In this document: positions 8,221 through 18,257 of the stretch, one piece after another
Position numbering within the stretch: the first letter of the stretch is position 1
Layout of the letters: the number at the start of each line of letters is the position of its first letter
NCBI GenBank assembly: GCA_027491915.1
Contig: JAOZGC010000001.1
Location: forward strand, 96,001-160,000
Source: Thermoproteota archaeon
GTDB taxonomy: Archaea > Korarchaeota > Korarchaeia > Korarchaeales > Korarchaeaceae
Length of the DNA: 64,000 nt
Direction: 5' to 3'
Translations under genes and position numbers: made by a program
Notes under the pieces: generated by a model
The model's database searches: none
Told to the model about the DNA's origin: nothing
Seen by the model: only the letters and a program-made list of their open reading frames with translations

Positions 8221-10005
8221 TCAGCCCTCATCTGAAATAGCCCTCAACTGCTCCCTATACATCTCCAGGATCTCCTCCTCGGTGGTGGCGTCCTGGGGCG
8301 ACTTGTCAGTCCTCCACCTCCCCGTGAACCTTGGGAACCTTATGGCCAGCCCGGCCCCCTCCTTGACCCTCCCCCAGGCGCACGTGTGGACAGGGCTGAG
8401 GGTTATCTCGTCCCCTATGACCTCCAGGACCCTGGCCGGGGTGAACCACACGTCGGCCTCTATGTTGCTGACGACGCTGGGGTGCCTGTGGTCGAGCCTG
8501 AAATCCGCGAGCATCTCGGGCAGGGCGTCCAGCTCCTCGTCGGAGAACCCGGTTCCCATCTTGCAGACGGTCTTGAAGGAGTCCGTCTCCGGATCGTAGG
8601 CCGCCAGCAGCAGCGCCCCGTACTTCCCCGCCCTCCTCCCCCTGCCATAGAACGCGCCGACGACCACCAGGTCGACGGGCTCCACCATCTTCGACATGTA
8701 GCTCCTCTTCAGCTTGATCCAGGACCACCCTCTGACGCCGGCCTGGTACCTGGAATCCAGATCCTTTATCATGAGGCCCTCCGTCCCCCTCTCCACGGCC
8801 TCCTCCAGGTACCTCTCGAGATCCTCGGCCCTCCACTCTCCGATCCTGCCCTCGGCCAGCTTGACCCCCTCGGACTCCCTCACAACCTCGGCCAGCCTCT
8901 CCCTCCTCTCCCTGAGCGGCCTCTGGATGTACTCCTCCCCGTCCAGGTAGAGCAGGTCGAAGAGGTAGATCACGGTAGGTATCTCTTCCATCATCTTCTT
9001 CACTCCGTACTTCCTCCTCCTGTGCATCAGCTCCTGGAACGGCCTTATCTCTCCGGTGATCGGGTTTATACCGACGCACTCGCCGTCGAGGACGGCCGCC
9101 CTCCCCCCAACGGCCTCCCTCACCGACGCCACCACGTCCGGGTACGGGTGTGTTATGTTCTCTAGCCTCCTGGAGAACAGCTCCACCCTGCCGTCGGGCC
9201 AGACGTGCACCTGCATCCTCTCCCCGTCGTACTTGAACTCTGCCAGGAACCTGTTCCCCATTTTCTCCAGTATCTCCTCCGGAGATTTGAGCCTCTGGGC
9301 CAGCATCGGCCTGATCGGCACGCCCAACGTCATCCTTATCTCGGACAGGGCGTCCTCCCCTCCCAGGGCCAGGGCCCTGGCTATCCTCCCTATGTCCGGG
9401 TAGGCGTTGTACCTCTCCTCCAGCGCCGGCCTCCTCCCCCTGGACCCCAGGAAGGCCTCGGCCAGGGCGTCCAGGAGGGTCATGTCCCTGACCCCGAGCC
9501 TGAGCTTTCCCATCACTATCCTGACTATGTACCTGGCCTCCACCGGTTCGGCGTCAGCGAGGAGGCCGCTCAGGGTCCTTATCTTGACGTCCTGCGAGCT
9601 CCTCCCGGATGCGGCCGCTATCTTGCGGAGGGAATCGAACACCCTGCCCACCGTCAGCTCCTCCCTGAAGAAAGCCCTGGTCGCCCTGTTCTCGATCGCC
9701 CACTCGGCCGCGCTGCCCGCGTCCCCCAGCTCCCTGACCTTATCCTCTATCCTCTCCAGGGGGAATCCGGTGGCGAGGGATATGGCCCTCATGACCAGCT
9801 TCTCCCCCAGTCCGAGTTCTACGTCCTCGAACTCCGGGGCAACCCTACCCAGGGTCATGTAGGCCACCTTATCTATTATCTCAGCCGGGGTCTCTCGGAA
9901 CAAGTCGCTCAGAAGGGATATCATGTCCAGCCTGCCGCTGGTCCCCTCTATCCTCTCGTAGTACTCGACCAGCCTGCGGAAGGGCATGTCCCCCATCTGG
10001 ACCAC
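8221..10005 (-). CDS. lig: ATP-dependent DNA ligase
   Basis: EFKYDGER adenylation motif, EGLMIK, WIKLK, IRFPRF. Confidence 0.97.
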   Translation of the reverse strand: MVQMGDMPFRRLVEYYERIEGTSGRLDMISLLSDLFRETPAEIIDKVAYMTLGRVAPEFEDVELGLGEKLVMRAISLATGFPLERIEDKVRELGDAGSAAEWAIENRATRAFFREELTVGRVFDSLRKIAAASGRSSQDVKIRTLSGLLADAEPVEARYIVRIVMGKLRLGVRDMTLLDALAEAFLGSRGRRPALEERYNAYPDIGRIARALALGGEDALSEIRMTLGVPIRPMLAQRLKSPEEILEKMGNRFLAEFKYDGERMQVHVWPDGRVELFSRRLENITHPYPDVVASVREAVGGRAAVLDGECVGINPITGEIRPFQELMHRRRKYGVKKMMEEIPTVIYLFDLLYLDGEEYIQRPLRERRERLAEVVRESEGVKLAEGRIGEWRAEDLERYLEEAVERGTEGLMIKDLDSRYQAGVRGWSWIKLKRSYMSKMVEPVDLVVVGAFYGRGRRAGKYGALLLAAYDPETDSFKTVCKMGTGFSDEELDALPEMLADFRLDHRHPSVVSNIEADVWFTPARVLEVIGDEITLSPVHTCAWGRVKEGAGLAIRFPRFTGRWRTDKSPQDATTEEEILEMYREQLRAISDEG

Positions 10006-10011
10006 CGTCTC

Positions 10012-10356
10012 TCACTCCACCGGTATCTCCCTGTACCCCCCAGACCTGAGCGGGGCCTCCACTATCAGGATCCCCCGCCTGAACCTCGCCCTGGCCCCCT
10101 CGGGGTCGACGGAGACTGGCAGCCTTAGGAGCTTCCGATAGGTGGTCTCTAATCCAGAGATCTCGGCCCTGGCCTCGACCAGGATCTCCCTCTCACCTAT
10201 CCTGAGCCTGACGTCGGACGCCCTCGCCCCCGGCAGGTCGACCGTGGCTATCACCCTGTCCCTCTCCACCCTGACGTCCGACAGTGGCTCCACCGGACCA
10301 CCGTAAGCGTAGAGGGTCCACCTGACGTGTTTGTAGAACCATCCCACAGAGATCAC
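10012..10356 (-). CDS. Small heat-shock protein (Hsp20/alpha-crystallin domain)
   Basis: EPLSDV, VDLPG, LPVSVDP, ARFRRGIL. Confidence 0.88.
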   Translation of the reverse strand: MISVGWFYKHVRWTLYAYGGPVEPLSDVRVERDRVIATVDLPGARASDVRLRIGEREILVEARAEISGLETTYRKLLRLPVSVDPEGARARFRRGILIVEAPLRSGGYREIPVE

Positions 10357-10357
10357 C

Positions 10358-11092
10358 TCACCCGATGTAGGAGGGGGCCGCGCCGGCCTCCGGGGGGGTC
10401 ATCACCTTGGTCGTCTGCCTCATTAGCTCCTTCAGCTTGAGTCTGATCGCCTCCGACTCCCTCTCCAGGGACTCGACGTTCACCTCTCTATCCAAGACGG
10501 GTTTGAGGGCCTCTATCAGGCTGGCCGCCGCGCCGGGATCGGGGTAATTCGGGAAGGACTGGGCCAGCAGGGCGGCCGCCGGGACGCCCCTCCTCCTCGC
10601 CTCTCGGAGGAAGTAGGCGGCGAACCCACTTATGTAGCCGCCGGACAGATCCTCTCCGCCTATCTCATCTCCTCTGGAGACCTTCACCCCCCGACTGCTG
10701 AATATCCTGAACACCCCGGGCCTCTCGAGGTCCATCCTCTCCCTCTCGCCCACCCCACCGAGGAGCAGCACCAGGTCGAAGCCCCTCACCTTGGCCCAGT
10801 TCAGCACGTCTCCGAGCATCGCCACCAGGGGATCCGGTGGTATCGGGACCTCCGATTTTATCACGACCGTTCTGCCGTCCTGGAATATCCCTATGGGGTG
10901 TCTGACTACGCCCCCGTCGACCCCCATGACAGGGGGGAGGTCCGACCTGTCCACGTAGCCCACCCGCTCCATCCCGAGCTCCCTCACCAGGAAGTCGGCG
11001 GCTATCACCCCGACCAGCCCGGGACCCGGGAACCCCAGCAGCAGGACGAGGGGCCTCCCCGTCCCCCTGACCCTCTCCACTATGGCGGTCAA
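10358..11092 (-). CDS. PAC2-family proteasome assembly chaperone (PbaA/B-like)
   Basis: GFPGPGLVGVIA, LGG, YPDPGAA. TTG 11092 follows an SD. Confidence 0.9.
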   Translation of the reverse strand: MTAIVERVRGTGRPLVLLLGFPGPGLVGVIAADFLVRELGMERVGYVDRSDLPPVMGVDGGVVRHPIGIFQDGRTVVIKSEVPIPPDPLVAMLGDVLNWAKVRGFDLVLLLGGVGERERMDLERPGVFRIFSSRGVKVSRGDEIGGEDLSGGYISGFAAYFLREARRRGVPAAALLAQSFPNYPDPGAAASLIEALKPVLDREVNVESLERESEAIRLKLKELMRQTTKVMTPPEAGAAPSYIG

Positions 11093-11179
11093 GCGGCACC
11101 CCCTCGTTGGGTGGGGCGGCCCCATGAATATAGCCTTGTCTCAAAGGTTATCAGGGGGGAGGGCGGTCCCCGACCCGCC

Positions 11180-12604
11180 ATGGTGGGACGCGATCCCAGC
11201 GGGCTGAGGCTGTTCTTCGAACCCCGGAGCGTTGCGGTGGTCGGGGCCTCCACCAGGCCGGGCAAGGTTGGCCACGAAACCCTGAGGAGCCTGGTGAATG
11301 GGAGGTACGGCGGCAGGATCTACCCGATCAACCCCAGGGCGGACGAGGTCCTGGGACTCCGGGCCTACCCCTCCCTCTCCGAGCTGCCCGAGGTCCCCGA
11401 CATGACCGTGGTGGTCATCCCGGCGGAGGCCGCGGCGCGCGCGGTCGAGGAGGCCGCCTCAATGGGATCCAAGGCGATAGTCGTAATCTCCGGAGGTTTC
11501 GCCGAGGTGGGGGGATCCGGGAGAGACCTCCAGCGCAGGATGGTCTCCGCCGCCAGGGCCGCCGGCGCCAGGATCGTCGGGCCGAACTGCATCGGCGTCT
11601 TCGACGGGTGGAGCGGGGTGGACACCCTCTTCCAGAGCGCCGAGAGGCTGCCGCGCCCTCCAGCCGGTCCCCTGGCCTTCCTCTCCCAGAGCGGTACGTA
11701 CGGGATAGCCTTCCTCGACTGGGCCGCCGAGGAGGGTCTGGGCGTGGGGAGGTTCGTCAGCCTGGGGAACCGGGCCGACGTGGACGAGTCAGACGTCATA
11801 GACTTCCTCTCCGACGACGAGAAGACCTCGACCATAGCCGTCTACGTGGAGAGCTTCACGGACGGCAGGTCTCTCTTCGAGGCCGTCGCCGACTGCGACA
11901 AACCGGTTCTCTTCTACCTGGCCGGGAGGACTCCGCGGGGGGCCCGCGTGGCGCGCTCCCACACGGGGAGGATGGCCGCGAGGTACGAGATCGCCAGCTC
12001 GGCCCTGAGGCAGGCGGGGGCCTTCGTGGCCAGGTCCTTCGAGGGGCTCTACGCGGCCGCCAAGGCGGTGTCCCTCCAGCCACCCTGGAGGGACGGGGGT
12101 TTCGCCATGGTGACGAACGGGGCCGGACCCTGCGTGGCCGCCGCCGACGCCATGCAAGAACTGGACCTCCCCCTCGCGACCCCGTCGGAGGAGACCGTGA
12201 GGGAGCTCGGGAGGAGGCTCCCGCGGTACGCCATCCCTGGTAACCCGGTCGACCTAACGGGGAGCGCCAAGACCGACGACTACGCCGAGTCCGTCGAGGC
12301 GCTGGCGTCCGACGACTCGGTCGGCCTGATAGGCATCTTCGTCGTCTTCCAGGACACTCCCCTGGAGGACGACTTCGTCGAGGCGGTGCCGGGGTTCGAG
12401 TTCCGCGGGAAGCCGGTCCTGGTCTACGGGGCGGGCGGCAGGTACGCCAGGGAGAAACTCGTCAGGCTGAACAGGTCCGGCATACCCGCCTACGGGAGGC
12501 TGGACGATCTGGTGGAGGCTGCCAGGGCCCTGAGGTGGGCCGGCGCCCGGTTCCCCCGAGGCCGAGGGGGAGGGTCAGCCTCGACAGCCCGGCCGACATC
12601 CTGA
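11180..12604 (+). CDS. acdA: Second ADP-forming acyl-CoA ligase alpha subunit
   Basis: FFEPRSVAVVGAS, GPNCIG, SQSG, SHTG, NPVDLTGSA; ATG at 11180. Confidence 0.9.
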   Translation: MVGRDPSGLRLFFEPRSVAVVGASTRPGKVGHETLRSLVNGRYGGRIYPINPRADEVLGLRAYPSLSELPEVPDMTVVVIPAEAAARAVEEAASMGSKAIVVISGGFAEVGGSGRDLQRRMVSAARAAGARIVGPNCIGVFDGWSGVDTLFQSAERLPRPPAGPLAFLSQSGTYGIAFLDWAAEEGLGVGRFVSLGNRADVDESDVIDFLSDDEKTSTIAVYVESFTDGRSLFEAVADCDKPVLFYLAGRTPRGARVARSHTGRMAARYEIASSALRQAGAFVARSFEGLYAAAKAVSLQPPWRDGGFAMVTNGAGPCVAAADAMQELDLPLATPSEETVRELGRRLPRYAIPGNPVDLTGSAKTDDYAESVEALASDDSVGLIGIFVVFQDTPLEDDFVEAVPGFEFRGKPVLVYGAGGRYAREKLVRLNRSGIPAYGRLDDLVEAARALRWAGARFPRGRGGGSASTARPTS

Positions 12605-12860
12605 CGAAGTCCGCCAGACCTGGGGGCCTGCGGAGCTCCGCGTACCTCCTCGCCAGGGATCGGGCCAGCTCACCGGGGACCCCCTCCCTCTCGAGCCGCC
12701 TCCTCAGGGAGGCCGCCGTCCTCCGGCTGGTCAGCCTGTACAGCTCCACGACGACTGCCGCCCCCGCGGCCGCGGCGGCCACGGCGACGGCCGCCCCGAC
12801 GCCCGCCAGGGCCGCGAGGAAGTAGGATGAGATCCGCCTGAGCCCCTGGCGCCACCTCAC
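12462..12860 (-). CDS. Small single-pass membrane protein of unknown function
   Basis: Start overlaps the upstream stop (GTGA); N-terminal hydrophobic helix; 3' end overlaps acdA antisense. Confidence 0.55.
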   Translation of the reverse strand: MRWRQGLRRISSYFLAALAGVGAAVAVAAAAAGAAVVVELYRLTSRRTAASLRRRLEREGVPGELARSLARRYAELRRPPGLADFVRMSAGLSRLTLPLGLGGTGRRPTSGPWQPPPDRPASRRRVCRTCSA

Positions 12861-13273
12861 CCTCTCCCTTCCTCCTCGTCTTCCTCTTCCTCCTCCTCTT
12901 CTTCCCTCTCCCTCTTTCCGATCGCGGACCCGATCTCCTCTATCTTCCTCTCCACCTCGCCGCTCTTGATCCCCCCTATCGCGCCCGAGGCCAGCTGGGA
13001 GATCAGCTTGTCTATCACCATGGACCTGTCGAAGAACTCCTCGGTCATCCTGATCGCGACCTCCCTCGGCAGCCCGGACTCCGACAGCTTCCTGTAGAAG
13101 CTGGCGACGCTCTCTCCCACCTTCTCTCCGGTGTCCCTCGAGTATATCGCGTCGAATATCTGCTTCAGGACGGAGGGGAGCCTGTCCAGGAACTCGGCTA
13201 TGACCGACAGCACCTGCCTGAGCTCCTCGACATCCTCCATCTCCTCATCTCGTCCGCCTTCCTCTCCGACCAA
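12857..13273 (-). CDS. Alpha-helical hypothetical protein with acidic termini
   Basis: TTG 13273 after SD GGGGGTGA; typical codon usage; YS...G...FYRKLxESG motif. Confidence 0.75.
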   Translation of the reverse strand: MVGEEGGRDEEMEDVEELRQVLSVIAEFLDRLPSVLKQIFDAIYSRDTGEKVGESVASFYRKLSESGLPREVAIRMTEEFFDRSMVIDKLISQLASGAIGGIKSGEVERKIEEIGSAIGKREREEEEEEEEDEEEGRG

Positions 13274-13310
13274 GGCATCACCCCCAGATCTTGGGGGGCA
13301 GACCACGGAG

Positions 13311-13748
13311 TTAACCTTGCCGCCCACCCGTGATCAGTTCGTACCTCCTCCCCCTCCCTCCCCCAACCTCCCTGATGAGGCCGAGGGCGGCCAGCCTCCT
13401 CACCCTCTCCGATATTATCCTCCTGGAGGCCGTCCCCCTCAGCTTCTTCACCGCCCTGGTGATCTCCGATATGTTCATAGGTCCCTGGAACGCGAGAGAC
13501 TCGACTATGGCCCTGTTTATCCCGTCGGCCAGGTTCCTGGCCTCCAAGAACCTCTCTGCCCTCAGGGCGGCTGAGGCCACCTCCAGTCCCCCCCTGTTCA
13601 GCTGCAGGGCCTTGAGGGTGAGCATGACCATGTACCTGGCCTCGGGATCACCCTCCACGGCTCCCTGTATGATCTCCAGCCTCCTCACCGTCTCGGTCAG
13701 CAGGCGCTCGAGCCGCTCCAGCCTCCGTCGGAGGTCGTCCTCCGCCAA
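13311..13748 (-). CDS. Coiled-coil plus winged-helix DNA-binding protein
   Basis: N-terminal heptads; GPMNISEITRAV...ASRRIISERVRRLAALGLI wHTH. Confidence 0.8.
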   Translation of the reverse strand: MAEDDLRRRLERLERLLTETVRRLEIIQGAVEGDPEARYMVMLTLKALQLNRGGLEVASAALRAERFLEARNLADGINRAIVESLAFQGPMNISEITRAVKKLRGTASRRIISERVRRLAALGLIREVGGGRGRRYELITGGRQG

Positions 13749-13826
13749 GCCCCTCCCCCCACCCCCGAAAACTACCCCGCCGGGCGCGCCCCTTCAGGAT
13801 ATTAACCAGGCAGCCGCCGGGGGATC

Positions 13827-15905
13827 ATGTTGGGATCCGGGTCTGGCTTCCCCAGGCTGCGCGCCGCGGCCCTGGTCGCCCTGCTCCTGGCCGCGGCGGC
13901 CCCGGCGGCCGCCGGGGATGGGATCAGGTTTACGCTCGTGATAAATCCGGGCAAGATATACCGGGGAACCGAGGTGAAGATATCCGGAATAATACCGAAT
14001 CACAACGCCTACGCCTGCTCGGAGCGGGTGAAGATAGAGGATCCGTCTGGACAGGTCGTCTCATCCGGGGACGCCCAGGACTGGCTGATTAACGACGACA
14101 CCAAGTTCAAGTACTCCTGGACCGTCCCGAGGGACGCGCCGACCGGGACCTACACCGCGAAGGTCGTTGTGGTCTGCCAGGGATACGACCCGAGCTGGGG
14201 TTCCAAGGAGCCGAGTTTCTCGGTCCTCAACCACCCCCCCGTGATAGGATCCGTGTCCGTAGGGCCGAGGAGGGTCAAGAGGACCAAGAAGGTGACCATC
14301 AGGATGAACGCCTCGGACCCCGACGGGACCATAAGCGAGGCTGGCGTCAGGGTGATCTCCCCCTCGGGGAACTCCTTCTCCGTTCGTCTGGAGGGCGGAT
14401 CGGCCTCCTGGTCCCCCCCTCCGGGGTGCGAGCTGGGGGACTACGACGTCGTCGCCTGGGTCGTCGACAACGACGGCGAGGAGGCCAGCAAGACGTACCG
14501 CGGCGCCTTCTCCGTCGAGAACGTCCCCCCGAAGATCGTCAACCTGACGGTCAGCCGTCCAAGATCCGGGAGGAAGGGGTGGGGCGTCCGGGCGTGCTCG
14601 ACCGACCCGGACGACTCCCCGGGCGGGGTCAACCTGTCCCTGAGGGTGACCTCGTCTCCCGGGGGGCTGCTGGCCTCCGGCTCAACCTCCAAGAAGTGCC
14701 TGAGCCTCAGCTTCTCTCCCCCGAGCAACGCGAGGACCGTGAAGATAGAGGCCAGGGCCGTTGACGGAGACGGCGGCGAGGGGAGGGCCTCCAGGACCAT
14801 CAAGCTGGGCGGGGGGAAGTCGCCCCCCGGATCCGGGCCCGGGTCGGGCGACTCCGACGAGCCGTCCGGCGACTTGCCGTCCGGGGAGCACGGGAAGGGG
14901 GTCGCCGGGATCCCGGAGGAACGGGTCGGTCCCGGGGAGGCGGCCGCCCCTCCGGGGGTGGAGCTGGGCTCCCTGACCCCGGCCCCCGGCGGCAAGCTGG
15001 AGGCCAGGTTCCTGGTCTACGGCCCTCCGGGGGTCACCGCCTCGGTGTGGGTCGGAAACAGCGGTGAGATCTCCACACTAGACGGGGAAATACCGGGGGA
15101 GCTGACCCTCGAGATCGACGCCCGAGGAATGGGAGAGGGAGACGAGCTAACGTTCGGCGCGAGGGTGTTCAGCGGGGTGAGCCTCGTCTGGGAGGGCCGC
15201 CTGTCCGCCGAGGTCCCCGGCTGGTCCGACCTGAGGCTGACCGTCGGCGACCCGTCCTGCACCGGCGGCATACCGGCGGAGGTGGCCAACCTGGGGACGG
15301 AGCCCGCCGAGGCCGAGGTGTCCGCCGAGTTCGGTGGGGACGTGTTCTGGGAGACCAACCTGACCCTGGAGCCCTGGGGCAGGTCTGAGCTGGAGGTCCC
15401 GCTGCCGCCCAACCTGTCGGGCGGGGCGATCTCCGTTTACGCGAGGCCCGTGGGCCGGGGTGATCTGAATCCCGGGGACAACAGGGCTTCCGTCGAGATC
15501 TCGTGCGCCGTCCGGTTGGACGTGGACGTGATTTCCCCGGGCGGCGGGATCGTCGAGGCGGACGTGACGGGCGACGTGGTCTCATTCAACTACACCGTCT
15601 ACGTGGACGGGATCCCCGTTGGTGGAGGATCATCCGACCTGACCGACGGGCGGGCGCGCCTCCGCCTGGACTCCGGCGGCTGGAACCTGAGCGCCGGCCC
15701 GCACGAGGTGAGGGTGGTGGTGGAGTCCTCGGGCCTGCGGGCGGAGGACTCGGCCCGCCTGTACGTGCCCTCCGGAGGGGGGGAGACGGGCGTGGGGGCG
15801 GCCTCCTGGTCTGACCTGGCGTCCGCGTTCGCCAGCCCTTACTTCCTGCCCATATACGCCGTCCTCGCTGCCTACCTGGTGAGGAGGAGGCTGGCCCACT
15901 CCTAA
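13827..15905 (+). CDS. Secreted multi-Ig (cadherin/PKD-like, CARDB) surface protein with C-terminal TM anchor
   Basis: Signal peptide; repeated NxPPxI...DPDG/DPDD...DxDG units; GDLNPGDN; TM followed by RRR. Confidence 0.78.
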   Translation: MLGSGSGFPRLRAAALVALLLAAAAPAAAGDGIRFTLVINPGKIYRGTEVKISGIIPNHNAYACSERVKIEDPSGQVVSSGDAQDWLINDDTKFKYSWTVPRDAPTGTYTAKVVVVCQGYDPSWGSKEPSFSVLNHPPVIGSVSVGPRRVKRTKKVTIRMNASDPDGTISEAGVRVISPSGNSFSVRLEGGSASWSPPPGCELGDYDVVAWVVDNDGEEASKTYRGAFSVENVPPKIVNLTVSRPRSGRKGWGVRACSTDPDDSPGGVNLSLRVTSSPGGLLASGSTSKKCLSLSFSPPSNARTVKIEARAVDGDGGEGRASRTIKLGGGKSPPGSGPGSGDSDEPSGDLPSGEHGKGVAGIPEERVGPGEAAAPPGVELGSLTPAPGGKLEARFLVYGPPGVTASVWVGNSGEISTLDGEIPGELTLEIDARGMGEGDELTFGARVFSGVSLVWEGRLSAEVPGWSDLRLTVGDPSCTGGIPAEVANLGTEPAEAEVSAEFGGDVFWETNLTLEPWGRSELEVPLPPNLSGGAISVYARPVGRGDLNPGDNRASVEISCAVRLDVDVISPGGGIVEADVTGDVVSFNYTVYVDGIPVGGGSSDLTDGRARLRLDSGGWNLSAGPHEVRVVVESSGLRAEDSARLYVPSGGGETGVGAASWSDLASAFASPYFLPIYAVLAAYLVRRRLAHS

Positions 15906-15938
15906 AATTTTTAATATCGATACCGATATATCCTCGCG

Positions 15939-16607
15939 ATGGGCCTGGCCTACGAGCTCAGGGGGGTGTGGAAGGTCTACGGCTCCGGGGAGGGGGCGGT
16001 GGCGGCCCTAAGGGGTATAGACCTGGACATAGAGGACTCGGAATTCCTGGCGATAATGGGGCCGTCCGGCTCCGGGAAGACCACCCTCCTCGACCTCCTG
16101 GGCCTCCTGGCCAGGCCGACCAGGGGATCCCTCAGGCTCTTCGGGGAGGACGTGACTGAGATCCCAGACTCCAGGTCCACCGAGATCAGGAGGAATACCA
16201 TAGGGTTCGTCTTCCAGACCTTCAACCTAGTCCCCTGGCTGTCGGCCCTGGACAACGTGGAGCTCGCCCTGGCCATAGGCGGCTACCGGGGGGACAGGAG
16301 GGAGAGGGCCAGGCGGCTCCTGGAGTCCGTCGGCCTCGGCGGGAGGCTGAACCACAGACCCTCCCAGATGTCCGGCGGGGAGCAGCAGAGGGTGGCCATA
16401 GCCAGGGCCCTGGCCAACGACCCCAGGATAATACTGGCGGACGAGCCCACGGGTAACCTGGACAGCGAGTCCGGGAGGAAGATAGTGGGCCTCCTCCGGG
16501 ACCTGTCCAGGTCCGGCAGGTGCGTCGTCATGGTCACCCACGACGAGGAGATGGCCGCGCTGGCGGACCGCATCGTGCGCCTGAGGGACGGGGTCATAGT
16601 GGGCTAG
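15939..16607 (+). CDS. ABC ATPase (LolD/MacB-type)
   Basis: GPSGSGKT, SGGEQQRV, LADEPTGNLD, VTHD. Confidence 0.95.
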   Translation: MGLAYELRGVWKVYGSGEGAVAALRGIDLDIEDSEFLAIMGPSGSGKTTLLDLLGLLARPTRGSLRLFGEDVTEIPDSRSTEIRRNTIGFVFQTFNLVPWLSALDNVELALAIGGYRGDRRERARRLLESVGLGGRLNHRPSQMSGGEQQRVAIARALANDPRIILADEPTGNLDSESGRKIVGLLRDLSRSGRCVVMVTHDEEMAALADRIVRLRDGVIVG

Positions 16608-16639
16608 GCATCGGGAGATTCGGTTTGGAGGTGGTGGTG

Positions 16640-18208
16640 TTGGAGAGGTCTATTTCCGTCGTCGCCTCGCTGGCGCTGGCCTTGATCCTCGCCTCGGCGG
16701 TTCAGGTTAGCTCCAGGCCTGATGAGACCGACGTTGAGGTGGTTCGGGCCTTCTGGGCCACCCCGGGCGGCGGGAACCCGTACCCCGGGGTCGGCCCGGT
16801 CAGGCTCGTGGTCTACCTGAAGAACGTCGGGTCCGGCTCCATCAGACCCGACTTCATAATACTGCACATCCCCCGACCCCTGAGAACCGGGGAGGGGGAC
16901 AACCAATCCTGGATCAGCCCGGCAGGTCCCATATCTCCGGGCCAGACCGTGAGGCTGGACTTCGACCTCTACGTGCCGGCGTCAGCCAGGCCGGGGAGAT
17001 ACAACTTCACCTTGGAGCTGAACTACACCGAGGTCCGGGTCGAGAGGTTCAGGGTGGTCAGGGAGACCAGGGAGGAGGAGGTCAGCTTCTTGCTCGCGCT
17101 CAGGCAGGGTCCCGAGGTGAGGATGGTGATCTCGCCGCCGGAATCAGCTGAGGAGGGAGAGATATTCAAGGTCTGGCTGGTGCTCGACAACGTGGGATCC
17201 GAGCAGATATCCCTCCAGTCCCTGAGGGTGACCTCGCCCAACGCTGAGGTGCTCACCCAGGACCTGGGTTCCCCGGGCCAGCTGGCCCCCGGGGAGTCCC
17301 TGACGAGGGAGGTTTACGTCAGGGCCCCGCGGGATTCTCCCGACGAATGCGTTATACTGATAGCCTCCGCGACCTACGCCGTGGGAGGAGAGGCGAGGAC
17401 CGACGAGGCGACGGTCTCCATCCCCCTGTCCCCCCACAAGTTCCGCTTCTCCGTCGACGTCGATAGGAGCTCTCTGACCCCCGGAGAAGAGAACGAGGTC
17501 ACCATTTTCATCAGGAACGTAGGGTCCGCCGCCGCCGAGGACGTGGAGGTGAGCGTCGGGGCATCGGAGGGACTCACGGTGGTGGGCCCGTCCGAGTTCT
17601 GGCTTGGGGACATCCCCCCCGGGGGAGAGGCCGCCATCGAGGTGGATCTCCTCCCGATCGGATCGCTCCAGGCCTACACGATCGCCCTGACCATCTCCCC
17701 TTCAGACGGCGAGCCGGACGCGGTGACCGTCGGGTTCTCGTCCAGCGAGATGGGTAACGTCTCCATCGCGTCGCTGAAGGCCGAGTACGACGGGGAGAAG
17801 CTGAAGGTCAGGGGGGTACTGGCCAACTTGGGGTCTGGGACGGCCAGGTACGTCAACGTCAGCCTGACCTCGGGCCCGTGCAGGGGTGAGTCCAACTACA
17901 TAGGCGACCTGGATTCCGGCGAGACCTCCGGGTTCTACCTCTCCTGCGAGGCGAGTCTCGCGGGCGAGGAGGAGGTGACCGTCTCCGCCTACTACCAGGC
18001 CTCCCCCGGAGTCTGGAGGACGGCCACGAAGTCCACCACGGTGCTCGCTCCCGGATCGACCGGCGGACAGGGGGCCGCCGGGGCCGGGGGAGGGGGCAAC
18101 GTGAGCGGGGGCGGCGCCGGGGGAGGCATCTTGACCTACCTCGCGGCCGCGGCGGGCATAATATCAGGATTCTTCGCCGGCAAGATCTACGTCGAGAGGA
18201 GGAGGTAG
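16640..18208 (+). CDS. COG1361 S-layer-domain-type multi-Ig membrane-anchored protein
   Basis: Signal peptide, repeated NVGS/NLGS Ig units, C-terminal TM; lies between ABC ATPase and permease. Confidence 0.8.
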   Translation: MERSISVVASLALALILASAVQVSSRPDETDVEVVRAFWATPGGGNPYPGVGPVRLVVYLKNVGSGSIRPDFIILHIPRPLRTGEGDNQSWISPAGPISPGQTVRLDFDLYVPASARPGRYNFTLELNYTEVRVERFRVVRETREEEVSFLLALRQGPEVRMVISPPESAEEGEIFKVWLVLDNVGSEQISLQSLRVTSPNAEVLTQDLGSPGQLAPGESLTREVYVRAPRDSPDECVILIASATYAVGGEARTDEATVSIPLSPHKFRFSVDVDRSSLTPGEENEVTIFIRNVGSAAAEDVEVSVGASEGLTVVGPSEFWLGDIPPGGEAAIEVDLLPIGSLQAYTIALTISPSDGEPDAVTVGFSSSEMGNVSIASLKAEYDGEKLKVRGVLANLGSGTARYVNVSLTSGPCRGESNYIGDLDSGETSGFYLSCEASLAGEEEVTVSAYYQASPGVWRTATKSTTVLAPGSTGGQGAAGAGGGGNVSGGGAGGGILTYLAAAAGIISGFFAGKIYVERRR

Positions 18209-18257
18209 GACAGCCGAGACGGGCGATCGGACGGGGTGGAGTCGAAAGGGTGAGGCC

